A stretch of DNA of 64,000 bases from an uncultured Bacillales bacterium (GTDB taxonomy: Bacteria; Bacillota_I; Bacilli_A; RFN20; CAG-826): NCBI GenBank assembly GCA_946414655.1, contig CAMKPL010000002.1, forward strand, positions 616-64,615, given 5' to 3'. The notes beneath the pieces are model-generated. The model was not told the DNA's origin. It made no database searches and worked only from the letters and a program-made list of their open reading frames with translations. The translations under genes were made by a program, and so were the position numbers. Shown here one piece after another: positions 44,446-54,998 of this stretch (position 1 is the first letter of the stretch; each line of letters starts with the position of its first letter).

Positions 44446-45783
44446 ATGAATTATAAGAAACTATTAGAAAAATATAATGATGAAATGCTTGAAACTTTAA
44501 AAGAGTTTTGCAAGATTCCTTCAGTTTATGATGAATCAACAAAAACCAAAGAAAAACCATTTGGAGAAAACGTTGATAAAGCACTCCATTTTATTGGCGA
44601 ATTAGGTCGTAAGCTTGGATTCTCAGTTGAATATTGCGATGGCTATGCCACGGAATTAACAATTGGTAGCGGAGAGAAGATGATTGGTATCTTTGCTCAT
44701 GCCGATGTTGTTCCAGCATCTGGAAAGTGGACAAACGATCCATTTGAACCAGTTGTTCGTGACGGAAATATTTATGCTCGTGGCTCAAGCGATGATAAAG
44801 GACCACTTATTTCTGCCTTATATGCTACAAAAGCTTTATATGAAGAAGGTCTAATCAAAAATTATAAAGTTCGTATTGTTGTTGGTGGTGATGAAGAACG
44901 TGGTTCATCCTGTTTAGAGTACTATTTTGATACTCTTAAAAAGGAAGGTCCTGATTACGGATTTACCCCAGATTCTGACTTCCCACTAATTTATGGAGAA
45001 AAGGAAATTGTCGACTTTTATCCGGAAATTGCTGTGAAAATTCCAAATGTGAAGTCGATTAAAGGTGGCGTTGCGACTAACGCTGTTTGTGACCATGTTG
45101 AAGTGGAAATGAAACGTGATGAAGACTTCATTAATTATCTCAAAGAAAAGAACATTAACTTCAAAGAAGATGGAAAACTACTCGTATTCGAAGGACAATC
45201 TTGCCATGGATCAACTCCGCAACTTGGTGTAAATGCTGCTTTAATTTGTTTATCCGCGTTAGGTGATTTCTACAAAGTAGAAAGTTTATCCAAAATTGGT
45301 GATAACTTAAGCGATACATCTGGTAAGAAATTTGGTTGTTTCAACCACTCCAAACTTCTTGGAGATTCGACATATTGTGTTGGAATGGTTAACTATGAGA
45401 AAGAAAAGCTTAGTTTTACAGTTAATTTCCGTTATGGAGAAACAACCAACCTAAAAGAAATCATGAAGAAATTTGATGAGTTTTTTGCTACTAAATCAGA
45501 AGCTAGAGAACCATCTCCACTTCTTTTGTATGATCCAAAATCAACATTAGTAAAAACACTTCTTAAGGCATATCGAAAAGAAACTAAAGACAACACTGCT
45601 CCACTAACAACTGGTGGTGGAACATATGCTAAACACGCTCCAAACACCATTGCATTTGGTGCTCTTTTCCCAGGACGTACATCAACTATGCATGAACCTG
45701 ATGAACTAATGCCATTAGAAGACTTCTATCTCTCAGCAATTATTTATGCTCGAGCAATTGATTTACTTGGTAAAAAATTATGA
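44446..45783 (+). CDS. M20-family dipeptidase (PepV/Sapep-like)
   Basis: IFAHADVVPA and RGSSDDKGP metal-binding motifs; 445 aa. Confidence 0.7.
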   Translation: MNYKKLLEKYNDEMLETLKEFCKIPSVYDESTKTKEKPFGENVDKALHFIGELGRKLGFSVEYCDGYATELTIGSGEKMIGIFAHADVVPASGKWTNDPFEPVVRDGNIYARGSSDDKGPLISALYATKALYEEGLIKNYKVRIVVGGDEERGSSCLEYYFDTLKKEGPDYGFTPDSDFPLIYGEKEIVDFYPEIAVKIPNVKSIKGGVATNAVCDHVEVEMKRDEDFINYLKEKNINFKEDGKLLVFEGQSCHGSTPQLGVNAALICLSALGDFYKVESLSKIGDNLSDTSGKKFGCFNHSKLLGDSTYCVGMVNYEKEKLSFTVNFRYGETTNLKEIMKKFDEFFATKSEAREPSPLLLYDPKSTLVKTLLKAYRKETKDNTAPLTTGGGTYAKHAPNTIAFGALFPGRTSTMHEPDELMPLEDFYLSAIIYARAIDLLGKKL

Positions 45784-46397
45784 GAATTCGCTTTAAACAA
45801 TGGGCTGTTGATTACTTAAAAGAACATCCTGAAATTGTCATTGATAAGATCGATTTTAACGACCCATTTTTTAAAGATAAAATTTATTACGAAATTGGCT
45901 CTGGAAAAGGAGAATTTATAACTGATTATGCTTTGAAGCATAAAGATTGTCATTTTCTCGCTGTTGAAAGAGCACAAACCATTGCTGGAATTATGGCTAA
46001 AAGGCTTCAAGAAAATGAAGTAACAAATGTCCGTGTTTTTCCATATGATGGCGAAGTTGTTTTCGAACAAACCCCAGAAAAATCAGTGGATGCGATTTTT
46101 CTGAATTTTGTCGATCCTTGGCCAAAGAAAAAACATGCCAAAAGAAGACTAACATTCCATGCATTTTTAGAGCAATATTATCGTATGCTTAAACCTGGTG
46201 GAAGTGTCTATTTTAAATCAGATAACGACTCACTATTTGAGTTTACTTTAGAGGAAATTCCTCTTTCAAAATTTAAATTGGTTTTGAGTGAAGAAGATTA
46301 TATTTTTGATGAAGTTAACGATGCGATGACTGGATACGAAAGTAAGTTCCGAGGTCTTGGTCAAAAGATTCATCGAATCGTTTTAAAAAAGGAGTAA
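45780..46397 (+). CDS. trmB: tRNA (guanine46-N7)-methyltransferase
   Basis: EIGSGKGEF and FLNFVDPWPKKKHAKRR motifs; 205 aa. Confidence 0.8.
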   Translation: MRIRFKQWAVDYLKEHPEIVIDKIDFNDPFFKDKIYYEIGSGKGEFITDYALKHKDCHFLAVERAQTIAGIMAKRLQENEVTNVRVFPYDGEVVFEQTPEKSVDAIFLNFVDPWPKKKHAKRRLTFHAFLEQYYRMLKPGGSVYFKSDNDSLFEFTLEEIPLSKFKLVLSEEDYIFDEVNDAMTGYESKFRGLGQKIHRIVLKKE

Positions 46398-46399
46398 CT

Positions 46400-47500
46400 A
46401 TGGAACTTGAAGTTACACTAAAAGAGCAAGGAAAGATTTCTCGATTAACAAATAAAACTTTCCAATTTGATCCAAAATTAGGTGAAGGATTTTATGCCGC
46501 AAACTATTTTTTAAAGTCTCGTGAAATCATCGAAAAATTTGCTCCAAATCACAAGGTTACAATGCAGTTTTTCCAACGCACTGATGATGCAAAATTATGT
46601 GGTGTTGATGAAGCGATTGCTTTGCTCCATACTTTTGCAAAATCACCGCAAAACCTGGATATTTATGCGTTAAATGACGGAGATATTATTCAAGCAAACG
46701 AGCCAGTTTTAAAGGTTACTGGACGCTATGAAGACTTCGGATTTTTAGAGTCAATGATTGATGGAATTCTTGCTCGTAGAACAAGTGTCTGTACAAATGT
46801 TTATTGGGTGATGAAAGAACTTAATGGAACTGACATTTTCTCGATGGCTGATCGCCAAGATGATTACCACACCCAAATCGGTGATGGCTATGCTTCCTAT
46901 GTTGCTGGAATTAGAAAAGTTTCAACTGATGCCCAAGGTTATTGGTGGGGTGGAAAAGGTGTTGGAACAATGCCTCATGCCTTAATCGAACTTTGCGGTG
47001 GAGATATTTGTAAGGCTAGCGACATTTATCACAAAACCTATCCAAATGAACAAGTCACAGCTTTAATTGACTATCACAACAATGTCGTTCATGACTCGCT
47101 CATGCTTGCTCGACACTTAGGTAAAACTTTACGTGCAGTTCGCGTTGATACATCCAAAGCTCTTGTTGATCACTACTTTGATGATAAAGACACTTCAGGA
47201 TTTGATCCTCATGGAGTTTGTAAAGAATTAATCTTTGCTTTAAGAAAAGCGCTTGATGATGAAGGATTTAACTGGGTCAAAATTATTGTTTCTTCCAGTT
47301 TTAATAAGGATAAAATTCGTGAATGGGTAAAACTTGGAGTTCCAGTAGACACCTATGGTGTCGGTACCTCATTTGTGAACAATATGACCTGTGGATTTAC
47401 CGGTGATTTAGTTGAACTAGATGGTAAGCCAGAGGCTAAAGAAGGAAGGAAAAACATTCCTTCAACTAGACTTAAAAAAGTACCTTATCCAATCTATTAA
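46400..47500 (+). CDS. Nicotinate phosphoribosyltransferase-family protein (short form)
   Basis: GVGTMPHALIEL and AVRVDTSKA resemble the NAPRTase GTxAHS / RxDSG motifs; 366 aa. Confidence 0.45.
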   Translation: MELEVTLKEQGKISRLTNKTFQFDPKLGEGFYAANYFLKSREIIEKFAPNHKVTMQFFQRTDDAKLCGVDEAIALLHTFAKSPQNLDIYALNDGDIIQANEPVLKVTGRYEDFGFLESMIDGILARRTSVCTNVYWVMKELNGTDIFSMADRQDDYHTQIGDGYASYVAGIRKVSTDAQGYWWGGKGVGTMPHALIELCGGDICKASDIYHKTYPNEQVTALIDYHNNVVHDSLMLARHLGKTLRAVRVDTSKALVDHYFDDKDTSGFDPHGVCKELIFALRKALDDEGFNWVKIIVSSSFNKDKIREWVKLGVPVDTYGVGTSFVNNMTCGFTGDLVELDGKPEAKEGRKNIPSTRLKKVPYPIY

Positions 47501-47571
47501 TGAAAATACTTCCTTGATAAATGTAAATTGTTTCATTTATAATGAACTTATATAAAAGAGGAAGTTTTTTC

Positions 47572-48582
47572 ATGGAAAATTTGAAAGACAGAGTCACCAT
47601 ATATGAAGTTGCTAAAGCAAGTGGAGTTTCATTAGCAACTGTTTCCCGTGTCATTAATAACCAAGGAAACGTGACCGAAGCAACCAAACAAAAAGTTCAA
47701 AAAACCATTGCTAGACTTGGTTATAAACCATCTGGTTTAGCTCAGGCTCTTGCGACAAACAAATCGACAACTATTGGTGTTGTGATTCCAAGCGCAAACT
47801 ATGTTTACATTTCTTCCGTCTTAAACGGAATTACTGAAATCGCCAAAGAAAAAGGTTTTAACCTTTCGCTTTTCATCACATCTCATTCCAGAGATGACGC
47901 CTTAAAACAACTTGATAAAGTTATTACTTCTCATGTTGATGGGGCAATCATCTTTGATGATGAACTTGATGAAAACGACATCGCTAAATTAAATTCTTAC
48001 TACGTTCCAACAATTGTTATTAATAACAAAGTTGAAGGCGAAAGAGTTGGCTGTATTGTCTTTGCAATGGAACGTAATTTCAAAGATGTTTTGAAAGAAG
48101 CAATTACACGAAACAAAGGTAAAAAACGCTTTATCTTCCTTCATGTCCACAACTGTGGTCGACTCCTTGAAAGAACTGAAAAAACCTTTATAAATGTTTG
48201 TGATGAAGAAAAACAAGAGCATCGTATCCTCAATGTTGATGACTCTTATACGAGGACCTATAACGACTTCTTAGGCTACTTCAAAGATGAACGACATCAG
48301 AAGGCATATGTGGTGGCTTATCGTGACTCGATTGCTGCTGCAATTACAAATGCCGCAACAGATTCTGGACTAAAAGTTCCGGAAGATGTTGAAGTTCTCT
48401 CGATTATTGGAACAAAATATGCTAATATTACTCGACCGACTTTGTCGACGATGAATATTAACATGCAAGACGTTGGACGTCGAGCAATGTATATGCTCGT
48501 TGATCTAAGTAAAAATGCCTTAGAGAACAAAGTCTACCGCATTGAACCGGAATACAAGAAACGTCAATCAACCGAGGAATAA
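47572..48582 (+). CDS. LacI-family transcriptional regulator
   Basis: N-terminal HTH VTIYEVAKASGVSLATVSRVINN followed by a periplasmic-binding-protein-like sugar-binding fold. Start taken at ATG 47572, after an AGAGGA Shine-Dalgarno. Confidence 0.8.
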   Translation: MENLKDRVTIYEVAKASGVSLATVSRVINNQGNVTEATKQKVQKTIARLGYKPSGLAQALATNKSTTIGVVIPSANYVYISSVLNGITEIAKEKGFNLSLFITSHSRDDALKQLDKVITSHVDGAIIFDDELDENDIAKLNSYYVPTIVINNKVEGERVGCIVFAMERNFKDVLKEAITRNKGKKRFIFLHVHNCGRLLERTEKTFINVCDEEKQEHRILNVDDSYTRTYNDFLGYFKDERHQKAYVVAYRDSIAAAITNAATDSGLKVPEDVEVLSIIGTKYANITRPTLSTMNINMQDVGRRAMYMLVDLSKNALENKVYRIEPEYKKRQSTEE

Positions 48583-48584
48583 AA

Positions 48585-49838
48585 ATGAAGAATATTGTTG
48601 AAGAACTAAAATGGCGCGGATTAATTAAAGATTTCTCAAATGAGGAAGAAGTTCGCGAATTACTTAATACAAAACAAACCATCTACTGTGGTTTTGACCC
48701 ATCCGCATCATCGATGCATATTGGTAACTTTGTTATGATTTCCATGCTCATGAGACTCCAACAAGCTGGACACAAAATTGTCGCTGTCGTTGGTGGAGCT
48801 ACAGGCATGATTGGTGATCCAAGTGGTAAATCCAAAGAAAGAAATCTCCAAACAAAAGAAGCTTTAAAAGCGAATACAGATTCCATCCGTAAACAACTCG
48901 AAAGATTTATCGATTTAAGCGATCCTGAAAAAGGTCAAATTGTAAATAACTACGACTGGATCGGATCAATGTCTGTTTTAGATTTCCTTAGAGACTATGG
49001 AAAACACTTCCCAGTAAACTACATGTTATCAAAAGATATTGTGGCATCACGTTTACAAAGCGGTGTCTCTTTCACCGAATTCTCCTACATGATCCTTCAA
49101 TCAATTGACTTCTTACATTTATATCAAAAAGAAGGTGTTACTATTCAAATTGGTGGTGGAGACCAATGGGGAAACTTAACCGCTGGATTAGAATTAATCC
49201 GTAAGGTTGAAGGTGTTGATACTAAAGCAGGATGCTTTACTGTCCCACTTCTATTAGATGAAAATGGTAAAAAATTCGGGAAATCCGAAGATGGTGCTCT
49301 CTACCTTGATGCGAAACTTGTTTCGCCATATAAGATTTATCAATACTTCATCAATGTTTCCGACGACGATGCTGCTCGATATTTAAAAGTATTCTCCTTT
49401 AAATCTGTTGAAGAAATTAACAAAATTATTGAAGAACATTATCAAGCTTTAGGAGCCCGTGTTGCTCAAAAAGCTTTAGCTTATGAAATTATTTGTTTAG
49501 TTCATGGCAAAGAAAAAGCCGAAGAATGCCGTAAGATGAGTGAGGCTTTATTCTCTGGCTCCACAAAGGAACTAACAAAAGAAAATATTGAAGAACTCTT
49601 TGGTGATCTACGTGTAGAAGTGGAGAGTGGTTTAGTTTTTGAAGACCTCTTAATCGCCGCTCATGCCGCTAACTCAAAACGTGAAGCTCGTGAATTTATT
49701 AATGGAAACTCAGTTTCAATTAACGGCGAAAAATGTACGGATATTGCCAGGGTTTTCACGAAAAATGATGCACTTTTTGGACAATACATTGTCTTAAAAC
49801 GTGGTAAGAAAAACTACTACTTAGTTGATTTAAAATAA
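48585..49838 (+). CDS. tyrS: Tyrosyl-tRNA synthetase
   Basis: YCGFDPSASSMHIGN (HIGH region), KFGKS (KMSKS) and a C-terminal S4 domain; 417 aa. Confidence 0.9.
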   Translation: MKNIVEELKWRGLIKDFSNEEEVRELLNTKQTIYCGFDPSASSMHIGNFVMISMLMRLQQAGHKIVAVVGGATGMIGDPSGKSKERNLQTKEALKANTDSIRKQLERFIDLSDPEKGQIVNNYDWIGSMSVLDFLRDYGKHFPVNYMLSKDIVASRLQSGVSFTEFSYMILQSIDFLHLYQKEGVTIQIGGGDQWGNLTAGLELIRKVEGVDTKAGCFTVPLLLDENGKKFGKSEDGALYLDAKLVSPYKIYQYFINVSDDDAARYLKVFSFKSVEEINKIIEEHYQALGARVAQKALAYEIICLVHGKEKAEECRKMSEALFSGSTKELTKENIEELFGDLRVEVESGLVFEDLLIAAHAANSKREAREFINGNSVSINGEKCTDIARVFTKNDALFGQYIVLKRGKKNYYLVDLK

Positions 49839-49839
49839 C

Positions 49840-50532
49840 ATGAAAAAAGGTCTTGGTTTACTTCTAATCATTCCTTTCTTGTGCTCTTGCTCTGGCGCAC
49901 AAATTTCAACCGACCAAGCCCTAAGCATGATCAATGAATTCGAAACAAAATTAGAACAGAAAACATCGTTCTCTTTCTATGAAAGAAAAGCGGTTTATGA
50001 AACAAGTACTTCTCGTTCTGTTAGCTTAACCCAAGTCTTTTTTGAAGATAACTTTTTCCATTCTTATAACATCTATCAAGATTTAAAAAATGTCGCCAAT
50101 AGTACAGCAGTGGAAAAATGGTCATTTATTAAAGACAAAATGATTTACGATGTGACCACCGAAGATGCTGAAGATAACCCTAAAGGAAAAAGTTTTCACG
50201 CTTACACTTTTGAAAAAGAAGTGTGGGAAGAAAGAATCAAAGATGCTTTTGAGGAAGTAAGAAAAACCAACTCTCTTTATCTTGTTCGAATTAAAAACGA
50301 AATCAAAAGTAAAACGGATCAAACAAAAATCGATCTTCGTTCCAAAAACAGTGGTTCATTAATCCACAAAATCGAACGTTACGGAAATGAAGGAAAAGTA
50401 ATTCGCTACAAAAGTTATGAGTTCCATGATTCCTTAATTTATAACGTTGTTGATAAAGATGACTACTCCGTTACAACAATTGATTTTAGATACAAGGTTT
50501 CTACTCAAGAACCGAATATTCCAGACTTCTAA
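49840..50532 (+). CDS. Hypothetical lipoprotein
   Basis: Signal peptide with lipobox FLCSCSG; 230 aa; no recognisable domain. Confidence 0.5.
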   Translation: MKKGLGLLLIIPFLCSCSGAQISTDQALSMINEFETKLEQKTSFSFYERKAVYETSTSRSVSLTQVFFEDNFFHSYNIYQDLKNVANSTAVEKWSFIKDKMIYDVTTEDAEDNPKGKSFHAYTFEKEVWEERIKDAFEEVRKTNSLYLVRIKNEIKSKTDQTKIDLRSKNSGSLIHKIERYGNEGKVIRYKSYEFHDSLIYNVVDKDDYSVTTIDFRYKVSTQEPNIPDF

Positions 50533-50593
50533 AAAATAAAAGAAAAAAGTAATATTGCTCAAACAGTCTTTTATGAGATATCATAAAGATGCA

Positions 50594-51205
50594 ATGAAAC
50601 GTTCATTAATTTGTTTATTGACTCTTTTCATTAGTTTTTGTCTGCCGAGTTGTACGAAGAAAAACAATAAAATTGGTGGCTTATATAAAAATACAATCAA
50701 TTATGATTCCTATTCGGCGATGGTTAAAGCTTGGTCTTATCAAAACAAATACGTTTTTTCTGGTGACCGTCTAACTATAGATATTGAAAAAGTTCATCCC
50801 GAGATTGGCCCATTCAGTTATTACATTTCTGGCTGGGATGTCACATGTCGGTATGTTACTGGCGGAATTTCTCAAAAGAAACATATTTTAACCCAACGGG
50901 GAATGTCGGTATTGATTGGTAAAGGAGTCCTACTTTATTTCTCTTTGCCTACAAAGGTAATGAGCGATAAAAATTTTTCTTGGGTTTTAGCAAAAGATTT
51001 AGACAACAATTATTCTGAGTATGCTGAATTTCAACCAATCTGGTCTTTCCCAAGAAGGGAAAACATTCATTTTGAAATCCAATATATTTATTGTCTGATC
51101 AACGAATCGAAAGAACAAATTCTCACTTTTTATATTAATAAAGGGTTTGTCGAAGAGTTTAATTCATATAAGCAGGAATTTGTAAATATCCTAACAGATG
51201 TATGA
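50594..51205 (+). CDS. Hypothetical lipoprotein
   Basis: MKRSLICLLTLFISFCLPSCTKK signal and lipobox; start uncertain (the ORF track begins at 50555). Confidence 0.45.
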   Translation: MKRSLICLLTLFISFCLPSCTKKNNKIGGLYKNTINYDSYSAMVKAWSYQNKYVFSGDRLTIDIEKVHPEIGPFSYYISGWDVTCRYVTGGISQKKHILTQRGMSVLIGKGVLLYFSLPTKVMSDKNFSWVLAKDLDNNYSEYAEFQPIWSFPRRENIHFEIQYIYCLINESKEQILTFYINKGFVEEFNSYKQEFVNILTDV

Positions 51206-51235
51206 AAAAAGGAACCTTTAGGTTCCTTTTGTTTT
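51205..51235. terminator. Bidirectional terminator between the lipoprotein gene and rpsD
   Basis: aaaaaaGGAACCtttaGGTTCCttttgtttt. Confidence 0.6.
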
Positions 51236-51248
51236 GCTCAATTTTGAA

Positions 51249-51851
51249 TTACAGCAATCTGTTGTAGTATTCAATAACTTGTGCTTCGTTAATATCCATT
51301 GGAAGTTCGCTACGTTCTGGAACGCGGACGAATTCTCCGGATAATTTTTCAGCATCGACTTTGACATAACCAACAGAGGCTGGTTTGCTTTCAAGTGAAG
51401 CCTTCACAATGGCAAGATCATGACCTTCTTTGATGGCGATTTTGTCACCAACAGAGCAGAGGTATGATGGGATATCAACTTTTTTACCATTGACAGTGAT
51501 GTGTCCATGGTTAACAAGTTGACGAGCCGCACGGCGAGTTCTTGCAAATCCCATACGGTAGACAAGATTGTCTAAACGGGATTCAAGGATACGGAAGAAG
51601 GCTAAGCCTGTAACTTCATCGCTTTTCTTAGCAAGGATGAATAAACGACGGAATTGACGTTCATTAACACCATACATTTGTTCGAGCTTTTGTTTTTCGA
51701 GCAATTGTTTGCCGTATTCAGAAGGTTTTTTCTTACGATCATTACCGTGTTGGCCTGGACCATATGGACGTTTGGCAAGTTCTTTACCAGATTCCAAAGT
51801 GGAAAAACCAAGACGACGTGAACGTTTGTAGTCTGAACCAGTATATCTCAT
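51249..51851 (-). CDS. rpsD: 30S ribosomal protein S4
   Basis: MRYTGSDYKRSRRLGFS...RQLVNHGHITVNGKKVDIPSY (S4 domain); 200 aa. Confidence 0.9.
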   Translation of the reverse strand: MRYTGSDYKRSRRLGFSTLESGKELAKRPYGPGQHGNDRKKKPSEYGKQLLEKQKLEQMYGVNERQFRRLFILAKKSDEVTGLAFFRILESRLDNLVYRMGFARTRRAARQLVNHGHITVNGKKVDIPSYLCSVGDKIAIKEGHDLAIVKASLESKPASVGYVKVDAEKLSGEFVRVPERSELPMDINEAQVIEYYNRLL

Positions 51852-52042
51852 GATTTATGACTCCTTTCACTAAATGCATCATTTAGCTTGAGGTGTAAAT
51901 TCCTTGCTTCGGATGTCATCAGATTGACTTTCGGCCTTGAGCTAAGCTTACTCATCCACGATAGTTGAGACATCAGTCAAGCAGTATTTACATGCTTCAA
52001 CAATGCGAGTTATATAATAAAGAAATCAAAAATGGTTGTCAA
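51852..52042 (-). promoter_or_regulatory. rpsD promoter plus ~155-nt structured 5' leader, a candidate S4 autoregulatory site
   Basis: On the minus strand: -35 TTGACA (52037-52042), a 17-nt spacer, -10 TATTAT (52014-52019). The leader between the promoter and the Shine-Dalgarno (AAAGGAG) holds several complementary segments. Confidence 0.4.
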
Positions 52043-52162
52043 TACCAACTCATCTAATATTTTATATTAGGAGATTTATCTAAATCAAAGTGACAAAAAA
52101 CAGACATATTCCTTCATTGTTTTTAGTAGAAAACAAGAGTTAAATATGATAATATTCAACGT

Positions 52163-53872
52163 ATGAATGGTGGAATTCTTGCTCTAATTATCATTGCTTC
52201 AGTTATTGTTGCTGCCGCAATTGTATTTGTAATTATATTAATAATTAAACACAACACTTTGAAGCATACGATCCTCGATATGGACCGTCGTTTCCAATAC
52301 CTTCATGCTTTGTTAATTGGACAAGACGCCCAGTATGTTAAACGTCTAGAAATTATTTCTAGAACAAATCTTCTTTATGTGGACACCCACACTAGATTCG
52401 TCAAACGTTTCAAGGAAATTCGTGACCACCTCGACGCATCTGCACAACGTCAAGTAAACGATATTAAGGACCTTTACTATGACCACAAGATTAAACTTGT
52501 CCGTCAAGAACTTCCAAAGGTCCTTAAGATTGTCGAAGAGTATGAAAAGGAAGTCAATATTCTCAATAATGACTTGTTAAAAGTCATCAAACCAGAAGAA
52601 AACTGCCGTCAATCCTCACTTTCTTTGAAAGAACAACTTCGTCGTATCCGTCAGGATTATTACGCAAAGCAATCAGATCTCACTTTAGTTAACGATTCGT
52701 TTGTTGAAGTCTTTAAGTATGTCGATTCCTTATTTGAAGAATTCGAAGCATATGTTGAAGCCGCTCAATATGATGAAGCAAATGCTGTTCTTCCGAAGAT
52801 TGAAGACATCGTAAAAGAACTGGCAAAGATTTTAATTGCCATTCCTGAACTTTGCACACTTGTCACATCTGTTGTGCCAGACAAACTGATCTCTTTAGAG
52901 AACGCTTATGAAGTGATGAGCAAGGACCATTATCCACTTCATCATTTATGCGTTAAACAATCTATTGAAGAAATTAAGAAAGAGATTTCTCTTTTAACAA
53001 CACGAATTAAACGTTTCGACCTTGATGGTGTTAGAAACAAACTTGATGACATCTCACTTCAAATTGATGAGTACTTCAAACTATTTGAAGAAGAGAAAGC
53101 GGCTCGCGTCGATTTTGAACAAAACAATGAACACGTTTATAACAACGTTGGTACAATTGAAAAAAGCTTTATAAAGCTTTGTAATACAATTCCTGAAGTC
53201 TCAAAAGTGTTTGTTATTAGCGATGAACAACACAACAAGATTAATCATATTCAATCCGAAATTAATCGTGTTGGCGCTTTAAAAAGAACACTTGACACAT
53301 TTGTTCATAGTGCAACAAAACAACCATATTCTCTTCTTTTAAAGAAGATGAACGAACTGAAATCTTCATCTGAATCAATTATTAGTGAAATTGACGATTT
53401 CAACAACTATATTCTTTCTTTGAAAGAAGATTCTGAAAACGCTTATAACTTAGTTTATGATTTCTTTAACAAAATTGTCGAAGCTGAGAAGGATGTTGAT
53501 GAAATCAATATCAAATCAGTTAGTGAAAAATATCAAGTTCCATTCACGCACCTTTATGAATTACTAAACTCTGTTTATAACAGATTAATTGTCCAACCAA
53601 TCAATGTTGAAGAAGTTAATCGTGAGGTCGCTGAAATTAAGGAACTTTCTAATTCTCTTCTTGGAGAAGAAGGACAAGTTAAGCAAGATCTCAATATGGC
53701 CATACTTGCCGAAAATGCCATTGTTTTCGCTAATAGCGACCGTTTCCATTTAAGTGATATTAATGAACTCGTTAAACACGCCGAGGAATACTTCCGTGCT
53801 GGCGAGTTTGAAAATGCCTATACAACTGTTGGAGATGCCTTAAAGCGTGTTCACGCGAATGAAAAACGTTAA
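52163..53872 (+). CDS. ezrA: Septation ring formation regulator EzrA
   Basis: Single N-terminal TM helix, then ~540 aa of coiled coil; 569 aa. It sits next to rpsD/tyrS and upstream of iscS-thiI, as ezrA does in Bacillus. Confidence 0.7.
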   Translation: MNGGILALIIIASVIVAAAIVFVIILIIKHNTLKHTILDMDRRFQYLHALLIGQDAQYVKRLEIISRTNLLYVDTHTRFVKRFKEIRDHLDASAQRQVNDIKDLYYDHKIKLVRQELPKVLKIVEEYEKEVNILNNDLLKVIKPEENCRQSSLSLKEQLRRIRQDYYAKQSDLTLVNDSFVEVFKYVDSLFEEFEAYVEAAQYDEANAVLPKIEDIVKELAKILIAIPELCTLVTSVVPDKLISLENAYEVMSKDHYPLHHLCVKQSIEEIKKEISLLTTRIKRFDLDGVRNKLDDISLQIDEYFKLFEEEKAARVDFEQNNEHVYNNVGTIEKSFIKLCNTIPEVSKVFVISDEQHNKINHIQSEINRVGALKRTLDTFVHSATKQPYSLLLKKMNELKSSSESIISEIDDFNNYILSLKEDSENAYNLVYDFFNKIVEAEKDVDEINIKSVSEKYQVPFTHLYELLNSVYNRLIVQPINVEEVNREVAEIKELSNSLLGEEGQVKQDLNMAILAENAIVFANSDRFHLSDINELVKHAEEYFRAGEFENAYTTVGDALKRVHANEKR

Positions 53873-54998
53873 GAGTATTTATCTTGATCATGCAGCAACC
53901 ACCAAACCATACGATGAGGTGGTTTCTTTATTTACGAAGATTGAAACTGAACACTATGGTAACTCTTCATCTATCCACGGATTAGGTATTGATGCACTCT
54001 CTTTATTAAATAAAGCACGTGAATTAATCTTGAAATCACTTGGATTAAATAAAGGTTACAAAGTAATTTTTACTTCTGGTGCTACAGAGGCAAATAACCT
54101 GGCAATTCTTGGTTATTGCTTAAAACACACTCATCGTGGAAAACACATTATTACCTCAAATGTTGAACATCCATCCGTTTTAGAGTGTTTTAAATATCTT
54201 GAATCACAAGGATTTGAGGTTACTTATTTAAAAGTGAATAAAGATGGTGTTGTTGAGCCACAAGAACTCATAAAAGCAATGACTGACAAAACAATTTTGG
54301 TTTCTTTGATGTCCACTAATAACGAGATTGGCTCAATCAATAACATAGAAGAACTTTCAAAGATTGTTCACCAATATCCAAAAGCGGTTTTTCACTCTGA
54401 TACAACCCAATCAATTGGTAAGGATAAAGTAAACTTTTCTTTAATTGATATGTTTGTTGTTTCTGGCCATAAAGTTCATGGATTGAAAGGTTCGGGATGT
54501 CTCATTTTAAAAGAGAACGTCGACTTAGAACCACGTGTTTTTGGCGGTGGTCAAGAAGATGGATTACGTAGCGGAACTGTTCCTGTCGCACTAGCGTGTT
54601 CGCTTGCAAAAGCCATCTCTGCTGTTCAATCAAAAATCTCTTCAGAATCCTTACGAATTGCAAAAATTCACCAGCAATTCTTGGTTAATTTAGAAAAAAT
54701 CGATGGTCTTGAATTCAACTCAAATAAACATGGAAGTCCATATATTTTAAACTTTTCATTAACACATAAGAAAGCTAGTGTTGTGGTAGAAGCTTTATCT
54801 AATTTGGGCATCTATGTTTCATCAGTTAGTGCCTGTAACTCAAAACGTGAGGCAATGTCTTATGTTGTTGAAGCTTTAGGCAAAAATAGTGTTGTTTCAC
54901 ACAACACCATTCGCCTATCGTTTGGAGATGATAACACCGAGGAAGATGCAGAACTCTTCGCGCGTGAATTAAATAAAGTATTGGAGAACATTCGATGA
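53859..54998 (+). CDS. Cysteine desulfurase (NifS/IscS family, class V aminotransferase)
   Basis: IYLDHAATTKP N-terminus, SGHKVHGLKGSG (PLP lysine) and a SVSACNS active-site Cys loop. Confidence 0.85.
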   Translation: MKNVKSIYLDHAATTKPYDEVVSLFTKIETEHYGNSSSIHGLGIDALSLLNKARELILKSLGLNKGYKVIFTSGATEANNLAILGYCLKHTHRGKHIITSNVEHPSVLECFKYLESQGFEVTYLKVNKDGVVEPQELIKAMTDKTILVSLMSTNNEIGSINNIEELSKIVHQYPKAVFHSDTTQSIGKDKVNFSLIDMFVVSGHKVHGLKGSGCLILKENVDLEPRVFGGGQEDGLRSGTVPVALACSLAKAISAVQSKISSESLRIAKIHQQFLVNLEKIDGLEFNSNKHGSPYILNFSLTHKKASVVVEALSNLGIYVSSVSACNSKREAMSYVVEALGKNSVVSHNTIRLSFGDDNTEEDAELFARELNKVLENIR

